Below, in pieces: positions 9,965 to 19,308 of a DNA stretch of 64,000 bases. Numbering within the stretch: the first letter of the stretch is position 1; every line of letters begins with the position of its first letter. The notes below the pieces were generated by a model. It saw nothing but the letters and a program-made list of their open reading frames with translations, had not been told where the DNA came from and did no database searches. Both the position numbers and the translations under genes were made by a program. Origin of the DNA: a virus; the IMG/VR virus record IMGVR_UViG_3300031539_004800; one strand, 5' to 3'.

Positions 9965-10915
9965 ATGTATATCATAACTGAATGGATTGAGCGCTACGAA
10001 GTCAATGATAAGGGGCAGCCGGCAAGGGTGGGCGACAAGCTCCGTGTCAGGCCGCTTGAGTATATCCGGTCAAAGCGGCACGGCCGGTCTCGCAGTGCCG
10101 GATTTGCTGCCATGCAGCGGCGGGCAGGTGATAGGGCGTTTGAGGTTTTTGGGCTTTTCCATAAATTCCTGGAAATTGCGGGCGACGAGGTTGGTGGTAA
10201 CAGGGGATCACTGCTTAATGCCCGAGGGAAACCGGCCACGATAAAAGATCTAGCCTTGATTCTATCTGTCCCCGAAGAAAGCATTGAATTTGCATTAAAT
10301 GTTCTTGTCGATGAAGGGGTTGGGTGGATACAAAAGGTGTCTCCCGAAAATTCCAGAAACTCCGTGAAATTCCTGGAAAATCAGGAAATTCCTGGAAAAT
10401 CAGGAAACGAAAATGAGGCAAAAGCCGTAAGCACTGATAATACAAGCACTTGTGAAAATGCCCCTGAAAACTCCGTGAAATTCCTGGAAAATCAGGAAAA
10501 AAGCGGCGGCTTATATAACGAAACGAAACGAAACGAAACCGAACAGAACGAAACAGAACGAAACGAAACACTCCCGGAATCTCAAGGCTCACAGCAAAAC
10601 TCACAGGCAGGCAATAATGGTGATGAGACGAATTTCGGAGATTTTCAATCTAATTCGTTTTCGCTTCGGTTCGTCTCGGTACTGGAGGGTATCTTAAAAA
10701 CACGCTCGAAGTCTGACAGGTCGGCAATCAGGAATCTCAACAACTGGCTCAACCTGCAGGTGCTGGCGAAAAGGTTCGATGATGGTGTGTTTAGGCGGGT
10801 GGCGGATATTGCGAATGAATCAAAAAGCGGTCGAAATCCGTTGGCCGTTTTCTTTTCAAGGATGGATGAGGAAATCGGGTACAGGGCAAGAGTATTTAAG
10901 GAGAAACAAAAATGA
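9965..10915 (+). CDS. Probable replication initiator (lambda O-like)
   Basis: N-terminal wHTH-like region, central low-complexity linker carrying iterons, position before RusA; ATG with GGA at 9965. Confidence 0.65.
   Translation: MYIITEWIERYEVNDKGQPARVGDKLRVRPLEYIRSKRHGRSRSAGFAAMQRRAGDRAFEVFGLFHKFLEIAGDEVGGNRGSLLNARGKPATIKDLALILSVPEESIEFALNVLVDEGVGWIQKVSPENSRNSVKFLENQEIPGKSGNENEAKAVSTDNTSTCENAPENSVKFLENQEKSGGLYNETKRNETEQNETERNETLPESQGSQQNSQAGNNGDETNFGDFQSNSFSLRFVSVLEGILKTRSKSDRSAIRNLNNWLNLQVLAKRFDDGVFRRVADIANESKSGRNPLAVFFSRMDEEIGYRARVFKEKQK
10370..10498. repeat. Probable origin iterons: three copies of TTCCTGGAAAATCAGGAA
   Basis: Exact copies at 10370, 10389 and 10481, each with TTCCTG/CAGGAA dyad symmetry, inside the initiator gene. 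Confidence 0.7.
10517..10569 (+). repeat. AAC-NN pentamer repeat (11 AAC triplets)
   Basis: AAC-GA x4, then AAC-CG, AG, GA, AG, GA, GA, AAC; encodes NETKRNETEQNETERNET. Confidence 0.85.
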
Positions 10916-11649
10916 TCACGGAAGAAATGATTAAGCAGACCAAGTTTTTCATGGGAAAGGATGGTAAGTGTTATCTGGTCAGGGACGTGCGGACTGTCAA
11001 GCTGGTCTCTTTGATCTGCACCAGGGACGGATCGGAGTCGGACCTTTTGCTCGGCGACGATATCTGCTCACAGTTCGAGCCGACAGAAGCTTCGTTTGAG
11101 CCGTTCATACAAAACCAGGAGACGGCAAAAGAGTTGGTTGATAAGCCGATCGCAAAGAAGGCCCGCGGCCCGTATAAAAAGCGGGTGGCTGAAAAGACAA
11201 AGCCCAAACATATCGCCGGACTCCGCGGGCGTCGGAACCAGTTTTCGCAGCACAAGGGCGTCACGCGGGGCAAACCAAAGAAAGACGGCACGATAACATA
11301 CAGAGCGAACGTCTGGGACGGCAAACAGAAAAAGAATCTCAAGTTTGGCACATTTAATAACGAGCTTCTGGCGGCCGCCGCCGTCCAGGATTACAAAGGC
11401 AACAAAGAGGAGGCCCGGAAGTTGCGAGATATGGCCGCGCAGCAAGAGGATGGCAAATATGTAGACGCGGCGAATATGAAAGAGCAGGCCGAGAACAACC
11501 CGAACCGGCCGACGCACCAAGCCAAGAAGAAAAAGGGTGTTACTGTCTACGTCTGCAAGCGTTGCGGTAGTAAGTGGGAGACCAAGCCAACACACTGCAT
11601 CCACTGTCAATGCGATGATTTTCGAGAGGTTGAGAAAGAAGGTGACTGA
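10912..11649 (+). CDS. AP2-domain DNA-binding protein
   Basis: SQHKGVT...YRANVW...KFGTFNNELLAAAA; C-terminal CxxC...CxxC. Confidence 0.7.
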   Translation: MITEEMIKQTKFFMGKDGKCYLVRDVRTVKLVSLICTRDGSESDLLLGDDICSQFEPTEASFEPFIQNQETAKELVDKPIAKKARGPYKKRVAEKTKPKHIAGLRGRRNQFSQHKGVTRGKPKKDGTITYRANVWDGKQKKNLKFGTFNNELLAAAAVQDYKGNKEEARKLRDMAAQQEDGKYVDAANMKEQAENNPNRPTHQAKKKKGVTVYVCKRCGSKWETKPTHCIHCQCDDFREVEKEGD

Positions 11650-12047
11650 TGCCTGAAATAATAAACACTCTTACTTTTGAGAGAACCTCCAATCCTGATG
11701 GATGGTGCCATGACAAAATTGTAATTAGAAGACATTCAGGAAGCGAAAAAAATGAGTATCTAAGGGATTTTGGAGAGATGTTAGCTGAGATGGCTTTCAA
11801 ATGTCACTTTCCAGGAAATCTTGAACAATTCGACATAATGGATTCGTTTATGGATTTCTTAGATAGCTTATGGGACAAAAGCAATGACACCATCTTAATT
11901 CATACAGAATTAAAAAGGGCCATAGACCGTTGTTATAAAAATGAAACGCCAGAAGAAGATTGCGAGCACAAGATCGAGCGATTGTTCTCATTTATAAAAG
12001 AGTATGAAATAAAAGAAGATACAATAGTCCTGAAAGAAGGGAATTGA
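11649..12047 (+). CDS. Hypothetical protein
   Basis: Coupled ORF, AT-rich. Confidence 0.55.
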   Translation: MPEIINTLTFERTSNPDGWCHDKIVIRRHSGSEKNEYLRDFGEMLAEMAFKCHFPGNLEQFDIMDSFMDFLDSLWDKSNDTILIHTELKRAIDRCYKNETPEEDCEHKIERLFSFIKEYEIKEDTIVLKEGN

Positions 12048-12598
12048 TGGCTCTACCGATTTCATTTTTCGTCCCGGGAATAGCAAGGCCGGCCGGCAGT
12101 AAGAATGCTTTTCATAATCCAAAAACCGGCGAGATTATTATCACCCACGCTTGCAAAAAAACCAAAAACTGGATGGACAGCGTCAAGTGGTTTGCAATGA
12201 AGGCGGCAAATCGGATGATACTGCTGGACGAAGCGGTCAGGCTTGAGCTTGTGTTTCTATACAGCAGGCCGAAAAACCACTACGGATCCGGACGAAACGC
12301 CGGATGCCTCAAATCGTCGGCACCAAGGTTCTATGAGAAAACAACAATACCGGATCTGACTAAAATTTTACGCGGCGTCGAAGATGCCCTGACCGGCATA
12401 ATCTGGAAAGACGACTCGATTGTGGTTCAGCAGTTAAACATGAAACGTTACTGCCGGGGCGATGAAAAGCCCGGTGTTTTTATAACAGTTACTACTATGT
12501 CCGAGGTTGCAGATGAACTACATATTCAGGCCGATAGACAATTGGCCGAGACAAAAAAACAAGAGACCCCAACGTTCGCCTTTTCGGAAGCGCTATAG
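12047..12598 (+). CDS. rusA: RusA Holliday junction resolvase
   Basis: PDLTKILRGVEDALTGIIWKDDSIVV motif. Confidence 0.88.
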   Translation: MALPISFFVPGIARPAGSKNAFHNPKTGEIIITHACKKTKNWMDSVKWFAMKAANRMILLDEAVRLELVFLYSRPKNHYGSGRNAGCLKSSAPRFYEKTTIPDLTKILRGVEDALTGIIWKDDSIVVQQLNMKRYCRGDEKPGVFITVTTMSEVADELHIQADRQLAETKKQETPTFAFSEAL

Positions 12599-12638
12599 CT
12601 AATTAACCAATTACCAAATTAAAGAAAGGAAGTGTCAC

Positions 12639-13070
12639 ATGGCAAGGAAGAAGAATCAAGAACAAGCGTTACCGTTCGCGGGCAAGTCGATTGCCACGAC
12701 GGCCATAATCAACCAGCTCACAATAGGGTGTCACCAGGACAAAATCTCTTTGACGAGCCTGTCGCTGTCGGGGCAGGAGAATGAGATCATCACCGACATG
12801 GTCAAGAAGGAACGGGACGTCCTGCTCACTATCAACCTGGAAGTGCTGGACAATAACTTCCCGCCTATTCAGGTCAGGGGCAAGCTTAAGGGCTACAAGA
12901 TCAGTAAGACCTGCGATGCGCCCGACATTATCAACATCCAGTTTTCGTCCGGCCAGGTCCAGCAGTTGACGAACTACATCAGGGGCGAGCAGCAGATCGC
13001 ACTAACGTTCCTTGAGGCCGAGCCGGAGTTGGATTTTGACGGCAAGGAAAAAGTTGAAGATGCAGAATAG
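12639..13070 (+). CDS. Hypothetical protein
   Basis: AAAGGAAG RBS; codon usage like core genes. Confidence 0.7.
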   Translation: MARKKNQEQALPFAGKSIATTAIINQLTIGCHQDKISLTSLSLSGQENEIITDMVKKERDVLLTINLEVLDNNFPPIQVRGKLKGYKISKTCDAPDIINIQFSSGQVQQLTNYIRGEQQIALTFLEAEPELDFDGKEKVEDAE

Positions 13071-13232
13071 ACAGCTTTGTAACGAAAGGAGGTGAACCAA
13101 TGGACTAAGGGCCTCGGCGGTGGGGACACTGCTATAAAAAGTTTTACTTGGTAAAGTTAATCCCTATGCCGGCTTGTCGCTGGATTGTTCCTGCCGCCAT
13201 TTTTTTTAACGAAACGTTTAAGGAGAAACGAA

Positions 13233-13562
13233 ATGACAATAGAGAAAAAAACGGAATTAGAAAAAGGGATAGCGAAGTTAATCAATGGCGAAAGCCGAGA
13301 GAATGATTCTAATACTCCAGATTTTCTCCTTGCTGAGTTCATGATGGCTTGTCTCGACGCTTTTGAGCTTGCCAACAACAAACGGGAGGTTTGGTATGGT
13401 GTGACCTTAGACATACAAAACGACTGGGAAGAACTGATAATGACAGCCATAGGTGAAGCTTCTATGTGTTGGAGCGAAACTCCGAAAGGTGTTTTCGACA
13501 ACACGAGAGCTTCACGGATTGGCAAAAAACTATTGGAAGACATAAAGTCTGGAAAAAAGTAG
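13233..13562 (+). CDS. Hypothetical phage protein
   Basis: AAGGAG RBS; SRENDSNTPDFLLAEFM motif. Confidence 0.65.
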   Translation: MTIEKKTELEKGIAKLINGESRENDSNTPDFLLAEFMMACLDAFELANNKREVWYGVTLDIQNDWEELIMTAIGEASMCWSETPKGVFDNTRASRIGKKLLEDIKSGKK

Positions 13563-13601
13563 GGAGAAAAACCTAACCAAACTTTTTTAAGGAGAATCAA
13601 A

Positions 13602-14237
13602 ATGCTTGCGGAAATGAATCAGAGTTTTGGTGGAATGGATATTACTGTTACGCCGTTGATGATGGCAATGGCCGTGCCGATCGCCCTGGCCGTCGAGTTC
13701 ATCAAGGCGATTATCGGGAATTGGAAGATTATCACGCCGGAAGTAAGGAAGCCCCTTTTCCCGCTGCTCGGGATAGGGCTGGCTGTTATGAGCTTCTGGT
13801 TGGCGGGTATCGAGAGCTGGCTTATGGCTGGTGTGTTGATCGGACTGTCTGCCGGCGGCGGCTATGATCTGTTCAAAGGCATGGCAAACGTGAGAAACGG
13901 AAAGCAGGTGACTAATAATTCTATGGTCCTGCTGTTGTGTTTACTCCTGCTGGCTTCCGGCTGTATTTGGGCGGAGAATCCGAAAGCCGATCTGCTGGCT
14001 TCACAGAAAACGTTTTCAGCAACAGTGGACACGCTGACGGCATTGCAGATATCGGGAAAATTCAGCCCGGAAGAAACAGAGCAGTTGACAATACTGATAC
14101 ACCAGGGCCAACAGTGTTTACTTGAATGGGAAACGGCGATAAAGGCCGGCAGGGATAGTCCGAGCGTGATCGGTTTGTTTCAAACGGTCCTTGAAAAGTT
14201 AATCGATTACAACATTCAGAAAGGAAGTGGATTATGA
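13602..14237 (+). CDS. Membrane protein: holin-like N-terminus plus lipoprotein-like C-terminus
   Basis: Three TM segments ending GLSAGGGYDLFK, then LLLCLLLLASGC lipobox. Confidence 0.55.
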   Translation: MLAEMNQSFGGMDITVTPLMMAMAVPIALAVEFIKAIIGNWKIITPEVRKPLFPLLGIGLAVMSFWLAGIESWLMAGVLIGLSAGGGYDLFKGMANVRNGKQVTNNSMVLLLCLLLLASGCIWAENPKADLLASQKTFSATVDTLTALQISGKFSPEETEQLTILIHQGQQCLLEWETAIKAGRDSPSVIGLFQTVLEKLIDYNIQKGSGL

Positions 14238-14449
14238 GCACGATATCAATCTTACTCATTTTGAAATTAGTGGCCGAAGGCGTTGGTGTCGCAAAAGAAA
14301 TAGCCGACATTGCGAAACGGGTGCTTGCCGGTGAGGAAATCACCGATGCTGAAATCGAACAGGCACGCCTGCAGGTGGCTGAATCTGTAGCTAATTGGGA
14401 CAAAGCTGCTGGCGCAAAAGAGAGCGATACAGCAGAACAGCCTGAGTAG
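14234..14449 (+). CDS. Small protein, possibly lysis accessory
   Basis: ATGA coupling to the previous gene. Confidence 0.55.
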   Translation: MSTISILLILKLVAEGVGVAKEIADIAKRVLAGEEITDAEIEQARLQVAESVANWDKAAGAKESDTAEQPE

Positions 14450-14482
14450 CCGAGCAGTAATGAATGATCTTAAGCGTTGGCC

Positions 14483-14518
14483 CGCTCGTTTCTCACCCTC
14501 CTTCGCGGGCGGGCCATT
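14483..14518 (+). terminator. GC-rich hairpin, probable terminator
   Basis: TGGCCCGCTCG...CGGGCGGGCCA. Confidence 0.4.
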
Positions 14519-14535
14519 CTAAAAGGAATTGAAAA

Positions 14536-14730
14536 ATGAAAAAATATACACCGCGTAAACATGACAGATTCAGTGCGTTCTTATCAGTCGATAAGCCGGG
14601 CAAAGAGCATGTTGGATATCCGTTTGTTTGCATCGAGTCCAATAGCAGAATAGTTATGGTTGAGGATAAAAACGGCATGGCGTGCTCGCTGAATTGCTGC
14701 AATTTTTCGTTTGAAACGCTGGAAACATAA
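14536..14730 (+). CDS. Hypothetical protein
   Basis: AAAGGA RBS. Confidence 0.45.
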   Translation: MKKYTPRKHDRFSAFLSVDKPGKEHVGYPFVCIESNSRIVMVEDKNGMACSLNCCNFSFETLET

Positions 14731-14770
14731 AAATTCCCATAAAAAATTATGAAAAAATTATATTTTATTC

Positions 14771-14799
14771 TTGACGTAAGTGGTTGCAAATGCTATACT
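14771..14799 (+). promoter_or_regulatory. Sigma70-type promoter
   Basis: TTGACG-17-TATACT with AT-rich upstream element. Confidence 0.75.
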
Positions 14800-14841
14800 T
14801 ACAATAGAAATAAATATAATTATTTATAAGGAGCTTAAATT

Positions 14842-15405
14842 ATGGGTTACAGAATGTTCACAAAAAGAGGTTATAGTCTTTTCGATGTTGCGTCGGCTTT
14901 GCAGAAATCAATCCGCAGGGGCGATGCTGAGCTGGCTGGTTATTTTGCTTTAGAGCTGGAGGCGAGCGGATACGTCAGATACTGCTGGAAACGACTGCTG
15001 GTAATATCGGCAGAAGATATAGCGGGCTGTGTCACGCAGGAAGTCATGGCACTTCATAAGGCGTTTATGCACGTCAACCAGGGAGCAAAAAAACTGGACA
15101 AGCCGGAGGGTAGATTGTTTTTGGCTAAGGCTGCGATCCTGTTGGCACAGGCAAAGAAGTGCAGGGACTCGGATCATCTTATAATCTTCGTTTACGACAG
15201 GAACAAAATAAATAATGCGAAGGTTGAAAAGATGATAAAGTCGCTGACGGAAGCCGAAAAAAAGGAAATACCGGGATATGCTTTTGATTGCCATACTATC
15301 AAGGGCAAGGCGATGGGTAAGACAAAAGAAGATTTTCTGAAGGAAGAGTTCGAGGCTTTGAGCCCGAGAGAGAAAGGTCTGTTCGATGGATATGTCGGAA
15401 CTTAA
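14842..15405 (+). CDS. Standalone MgsA/RarA C-terminal-domain-like protein
   Basis: DVASALQKSIRRGD...WKRLLVISAEDI...IPGYAFDCHT..GK. Confidence 0.75.
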   Translation: MGYRMFTKRGYSLFDVASALQKSIRRGDAELAGYFALELEASGYVRYCWKRLLVISAEDIAGCVTQEVMALHKAFMHVNQGAKKLDKPEGRLFLAKAAILLAQAKKCRDSDHLIIFVYDRNKINNAKVEKMIKSLTEAEKKEIPGYAFDCHTIKGKAMGKTKEDFLKEEFEALSPREKGLFDGYVGT

Positions 15406-16105
15406 AATAAAATGCTCTTACAGCAAAATTGTATTGACGGAGTCACTTGTCCCACACCCGGACAATCCTAACAAGCATAGCGAAACTCAAGTCAGTATGC
15501 TGGCAGACCTCATACGATCGGTCGGGTGGAGATATCCTATAACATCCAGCAACAGGTCGGGGTTTATCGTTTCCGGCCATGCAAGGTGGCTGGCGGCAAA
15601 ACGTCTCGGTCTTGAATCAGTGCCGGTTGATTTTCAGGATTACGACAACGAGGAAGATGAATTGCTGCAATTGTTAGGTGACAACAAAATACCAGAGCTG
15701 TCGCACATGGACAAAAACAAGGAAGCAGCGATACTGGAAAGGCTGAGAGCAAAAAATGTAAATACAATTCTGGCAGGCTACAATCCGAAAGACCTTCATG
15801 ATATATTGAATAGTGCTAATCTGCCCAAAGTGACAAAAGAGGATGAAATCCCTGAAATGGAGATATATCCTCATGAACATTACGACTATATCGTTCTTGT
15901 TTTCAAGAATGATTATGACTGGGTTAAGGCCTTGCAGAAATTCGGAATAACGGACGTGAAGTATGGCAATGTCGTTGGAAAAAAGAAGATCGGTCTTGGG
16001 AGAGTAATCGATGGAGCACGCTTTTTACAAGAATTTTTCAATGAGAAAAGTGATTCTGAGCCGGGGAAGGTGGGACACGATCACAACGCCAAATCTGATA
16101 CCTAA
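15386..16105 (+). CDS. ParB N-terminal-domain protein
   Basis: LVPHPDNPNKH...GWRYPIT...IVSGHARWLAAKRLGLESVPV...DNKIPE. Confidence 0.8.
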   Translation: MDMSELKIKCSYSKIVLTESLVPHPDNPNKHSETQVSMLADLIRSVGWRYPITSSNRSGFIVSGHARWLAAKRLGLESVPVDFQDYDNEEDELLQLLGDNKIPELSHMDKNKEAAILERLRAKNVNTILAGYNPKDLHDILNSANLPKVTKEDEIPEMEIYPHEHYDYIVLVFKNDYDWVKALQKFGITDVKYGNVVGKKKIGLGRVIDGARFLQEFFNEKSDSEPGKVGHDHNAKSDT

Positions 16106-16784
16106 CGCAACGCTTGTGGTTACAGATGAGGAAAGAGAAAAATACGACCACCTGAAAGGCTTGGTGTCTGAAATAGTTGAAATACCCGCATCGCTTCTCG
16201 GTATGCCAAAGATAAGAAACTGGATACTTGACAGGTTCGACGAGGAAGCGTTGTTCATGGCGGATGATGATCTTGAATCTGTCCACGTTATGACTCACGA
16301 GAAGGGCATGTTTATTTTCGATCCGGTCCTGGTGGAGCAGATAATTGATAATCTTTATATCTGCGCAAGAGACGCCGGGGCTAAATTGTTTGGATTCGGA
16401 ATGAATCACAAGCCGGTCGGATTCAATGAAAACAATCCATTCAGGATGGTGACGTGGATTGACCAGGGTTGGGGGATAATTGGCCGCGACCTTCGCTTCG
16501 ATGAGCATCAGTTCGTCAAAGAGGATTTGGATTTGTGCTTGTCAAGCATAATGAGGCACAGAATTATCTGGTCAGATCAGCGTTATGTATGGGTCGGGGA
16601 AAAAAGGGGCAACAAGGGCGGGCTGACTCAGTTTAGAACAGCGAGAAACGATAAAGATGACCTTGATTATTTGCAGCGTAAGTGGGGAAGGTATCTGGGC
16701 GTAAAACGCAAACAATCGGTTATTGGTCTTAGTGTTAATGTTCGCAGAAAGCAGCCTTTGATTCCGAGTTCGAGGGTTCACTGA
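16041..16784 (+). CDS. GT-A fold glycosyltransferase-like protein (GREB1/TAGT-like)
   Basis: ILSRGR, RNWILD, FMADDDL, KEDLDLCL, NKGGL..R, L..KWG motifs. Confidence 0.65.
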   Translation: MRKVILSRGRWDTITTPNLIPNATLVVTDEEREKYDHLKGLVSEIVEIPASLLGMPKIRNWILDRFDEEALFMADDDLESVHVMTHEKGMFIFDPVLVEQIIDNLYICARDAGAKLFGFGMNHKPVGFNENNPFRMVTWIDQGWGIIGRDLRFDEHQFVKEDLDLCLSSIMRHRIIWSDQRYVWVGEKRGNKGGLTQFRTARNDKDDLDYLQRKWGRYLGVKRKQSVIGLSVNVRRKQPLIPSSRVH

Positions 16785-16797
16785 AAGGACGTGACAA

Positions 16798-17187
16798 ATG
16801 AGCAGAGTACATGAAGTGATTGAATTGCTGCATGATATGAGAAAAACACACCGGATGCAGCCGCTCGGTTACGGCAGGATGATTGAAGAATCGTTTACAA
16901 AAGTCTTTGGGCTTCTTGAGACCGAAATGGAACGATCAAAGGAAAAACTCCAAGCCGAGATTTCCACGCTGAGAGAGGCATTAGAACATATTGACACTTG
17001 GGCCCAAGCCTATCCTCTTGATATTTTCCCGAAGCCTGATCTAAAGAAGGCTGCTGAGGTTTTGAAAGCTTCAGGCATGACTCTTGACGCAATCTCTGCT
17101 GATAACATGCGGCATGTTTTAGACGGTATTAAGGGTATAGTGAGTGAAGCCCTGAAAGGAGAAAAAAATCATGCAAGTGAAAGTTGA
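16798..17187 (+). CDS. Hypothetical protein
   Basis: AAAGGA RBS; AYPLDIFP motif. Confidence 0.55.
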   Translation: MSRVHEVIELLHDMRKTHRMQPLGYGRMIEESFTKVFGLLETEMERSKEKLQAEISTLREALEHIDTWAQAYPLDIFPKPDLKKAAEVLKASGMTLDAISADNMRHVLDGIKGIVSEALKGEKNHASES

Positions 17188-17533
17188 CAACGAACATGAG
17201 CTTGAGCTTATTTCGTTTTGCGGGTTCAGCTTCGGCCAGTTTATGCAGTTCGCAGAGTTCATCAGCCTTGCCAGGTTGCGAGGCAAAGGTGCGGTTGAAG
17301 AAATTGCAACAGAGCTGCGACTGTCATGTCATTGGGCAATTGACTGGAAAGGCAAAACCATATCGTTGCTGGACCTGACCTGGGAGCAGATATTTATGCT
17401 CAATTCGATTTTGGTGCTCGACGGCAACAGGAATTCTTTCATCTGGATTCACAAAGCGATCGAGAAGGCCGTCGATATGGCAATGAGTGCGAAGGGCGGC
17501 GTTAACAGGGAAGTGCTTCTTGGCAAATGCTAA
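17171..17533 (+). CDS. Hypothetical protein
   Basis: AAAGGAG RBS. Confidence 0.55.
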   Translation: MQVKVDNEHELELISFCGFSFGQFMQFAEFISLARLRGKGAVEEIATELRLSCHWAIDWKGKTISLLDLTWEQIFMLNSILVLDGNRNSFIWIHKAIEKAVDMAMSAKGGVNREVLLGKC

Positions 17534-17870
17534 TGTTAAAAAGACGTACACGGCGGAGGACGTTCTTGCTGCCCGGCTCCAGGGCAGGAAAGAGGCGGAG
17601 GATTTTTTGCAGTTACGGATCAATAATCTGTGCAAAACTCACCACCAGCTTCTGGTTGAAATATTCAGGCTCGACTTAAACGAGCCCGTCGTGGCCGTGT
17701 CCATGCCTCATAAGTTCGCTCAAATGGTCGTAGACAAGCTGAGAAAAAGAAACAAAAAGGACTGGCACGCGAGGATGATTAAATATTACATGAACAGGAG
17801 TGATCGGCAGGTTTTCGGCGACGTTGATATGAGCGATATTCTCACAAGACTTGAACGTGAAGCGATTTAA
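17487..17870 (+). CDS. Hypothetical protein
   Basis: ORF in operon order; start uncertain. Confidence 0.5.
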   Translation: MRRAALTGKCFLANANVKKTYTAEDVLAARLQGRKEAEDFLQLRINNLCKTHHQLLVEIFRLDLNEPVVAVSMPHKFAQMVVDKLRKRNKKDWHARMIKYYMNRSDRQVFGDVDMSDILTRLEREAI

Positions 17871-17893
17871 TAAATTTAAGAAAGGAATCAGTT

Positions 17894-18415
17894 ATGGAAA
17901 CAAGACGAATTACAATCGCTGAAATGCACACGGACACAAGAATTCTTTACAATGTCTTGGAAAGTAAATTTATAAAGAACAAGAAAACCGAAATCAGCTA
18001 CGAGGAATTATCGGCAAGCATCGGGCGGAATGTTCAAATGGATGCTCGCGGATTATTAAGCACGGCCCGCAAAAGAATTGAGAAGGATTTTCAGATTGTG
18101 ATTGAGGCCGTAATGAACGAAGGGCTTCGAGTGACTACTGATTACGCCGGCATTGGCGGAAAAACAAATGCTCACTTGCATCGTCACTCTCAAAAACACA
18201 GAAAGAGACTTCTCAATGCGATTGCAGGAAAGGAACTGACGCCGGAACAAACACTTCCTTTGGCCGTGGAACTCAGTAAGCTGGGAGCGACGGCCCTGTT
18301 CACAAGACGCCAAACACCAAAACAATTAACCGCGTATATCCAGGAGCATAATATACTGGAATTGCCAACTCAGCAGACACTTAAATTGTTTCAAAACGGA
18401 CATAAGACAACTTGA
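17894..18415 (+). CDS. Putative wHTH protein, candidate partner of the RAMP system
   Basis: ISYEELSASIGRNV...LLSTARKRIE resembles HTH; its stop codon is the first unit of array 1. Confidence 0.6.
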   Translation: METRRITIAEMHTDTRILYNVLESKFIKNKKTEISYEELSASIGRNVQMDARGLLSTARKRIEKDFQIVIEAVMNEGLRVTTDYAGIGGKTNAHLHRHSQKHRKRLLNAIAGKELTPEQTLPLAVELSKLGATALFTRRQTPKQLTAYIQEHNILELPTQQTLKLFQNGHKTT

Positions 18416-18501
18416 CAGGACGTGACTCGACCCGACTCGACTGGACGGGATTTGACAGGACTTGACATAACCCGACAAGACGCGACCCGACAAGACAAGA
18501 C
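18412..18501 (+). repeat. NN-GAC pentamer array 1 (18 units), candidate guide RNA
   Basis: 16 of 18 triplets are GAC; NN = TT AG GT TC CC TC TG GG TT AG TT AT CC AA GC CC AA AA. Confidence 0.9.
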
Positions 18502-18528
18502 GAGTTTAGGAGGTGAAACGAAATAAAC

Positions 18529-18613
18529 GAGACAAGACCGAACCAGACTAGACCTGAATAGACAGGATGGGACCAGACGGGACTTGACGAGACGCGACCC
18601 GACAAGACAAGAC
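18529..18613 (+). repeat. NN-GAC pentamer array 2 (17 units), candidate guide RNA
   Basis: NN = GA AA CG CA TA CT TA AG GG CA GG TT GA GC CC AA AA; T-tract follows. Confidence 0.9.
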
Positions 18614-18663
18614 AGGAATTTTTATTCAAGACAACACATTTTTATTTAAGAAAGGAAAGAATA

Positions 18664-19227
18664 ATGATTACAGTAAAAGCAAAACTCAAATCAGCAAGCC
18701 CGTATGGGCAGAGCAGGTATCATAACACGGAAAAGCTCGAAAAGGAAAGCGCGGCGGATTACGAAAAACGCACATGGAAGAACCGCTGCCATACCGATGA
18801 CAAAGGGATGGTCTTTATCCCACCGTCGGCTTTCAAGAACTGCTTATCGGAGGCGGCTAAATATCTCTCAATTCAAATACCAGGCAAAGGTAAGGCCACA
18901 TACACAAAGCATTTTGAGGCCGGAGTTATGGTCTCTGAGATAGTGCCTCTTGGAATTCACATAGACAAAATGCAACCACTATGGCTGTTTGTTCCTGCCG
19001 ACGGCAAGCGTGGCGGGTCTAAGCGAGTAGAAAAGTGCTTTCCTATCACGCAGCAATGGGAAGCCACTGTGACATTCTACGTTTTTGACGAAACTATCAC
19101 AAAAGATGTTTTTAGGTATGTACTGGAACAGGCGGGGAAATTCATCGGTATAGGATTTTCCAGACCTCGGAATAATGGATTTTTTGGCCGATTCGAAGTG
19201 GTCGAAATGTCATGGAATAAATCTTGA
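18664..19227 (+). CDS. Standalone RAMP/Cas7-like protein (Vipr-like)
   Basis: N-terminal strand plus SP, FIPPSAFKNCL (cf. RAMP IPgSslKG.lR), C-terminal Gly-rich loop GKFIGIGFSRPRNNGFFGRFEV; flanked by pentamer arrays. Confidence 0.75.
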   Translation: MITVKAKLKSASPYGQSRYHNTEKLEKESAADYEKRTWKNRCHTDDKGMVFIPPSAFKNCLSEAAKYLSIQIPGKGKATYTKHFEAGVMVSEIVPLGIHIDKMQPLWLFVPADGKRGGSKRVEKCFPITQQWEATVTFYVFDETITKDVFRYVLEQAGKFIGIGFSRPRNNGFFGRFEVVEMSWNKS

Positions 19228-19308
19228 CGGGACCCGACATGACGAGACAGGACAGGACTGGACCTGACTGGACGCGACTCGATACGACAAGACCCGACAT
19301 GACAAGAC
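19224..19308 (+). repeat. NN-GAC pentamer array 3 (17 units), candidate guide RNA
   Basis: NN = TT GG CC AT GA AG AG TG CT TG GC TC AC AA CC AT AA; followed by AAGC and T9. Confidence 0.9.

Noticed and set aside
10746-10757. 12-nt contiguous match (GGCTCAACCTGC) to the reverse complement of array 2's concatenated NN string
   Set aside because: About one such match is expected by chance over both strands of 64 kb, and it does not extend.
14842-15405. Split RarA formed from this C-terminal domain and the 57116 fragment
   Set aside because: The fragment lacks the whole ATPase core and lies 42 kb away, so nothing links them.
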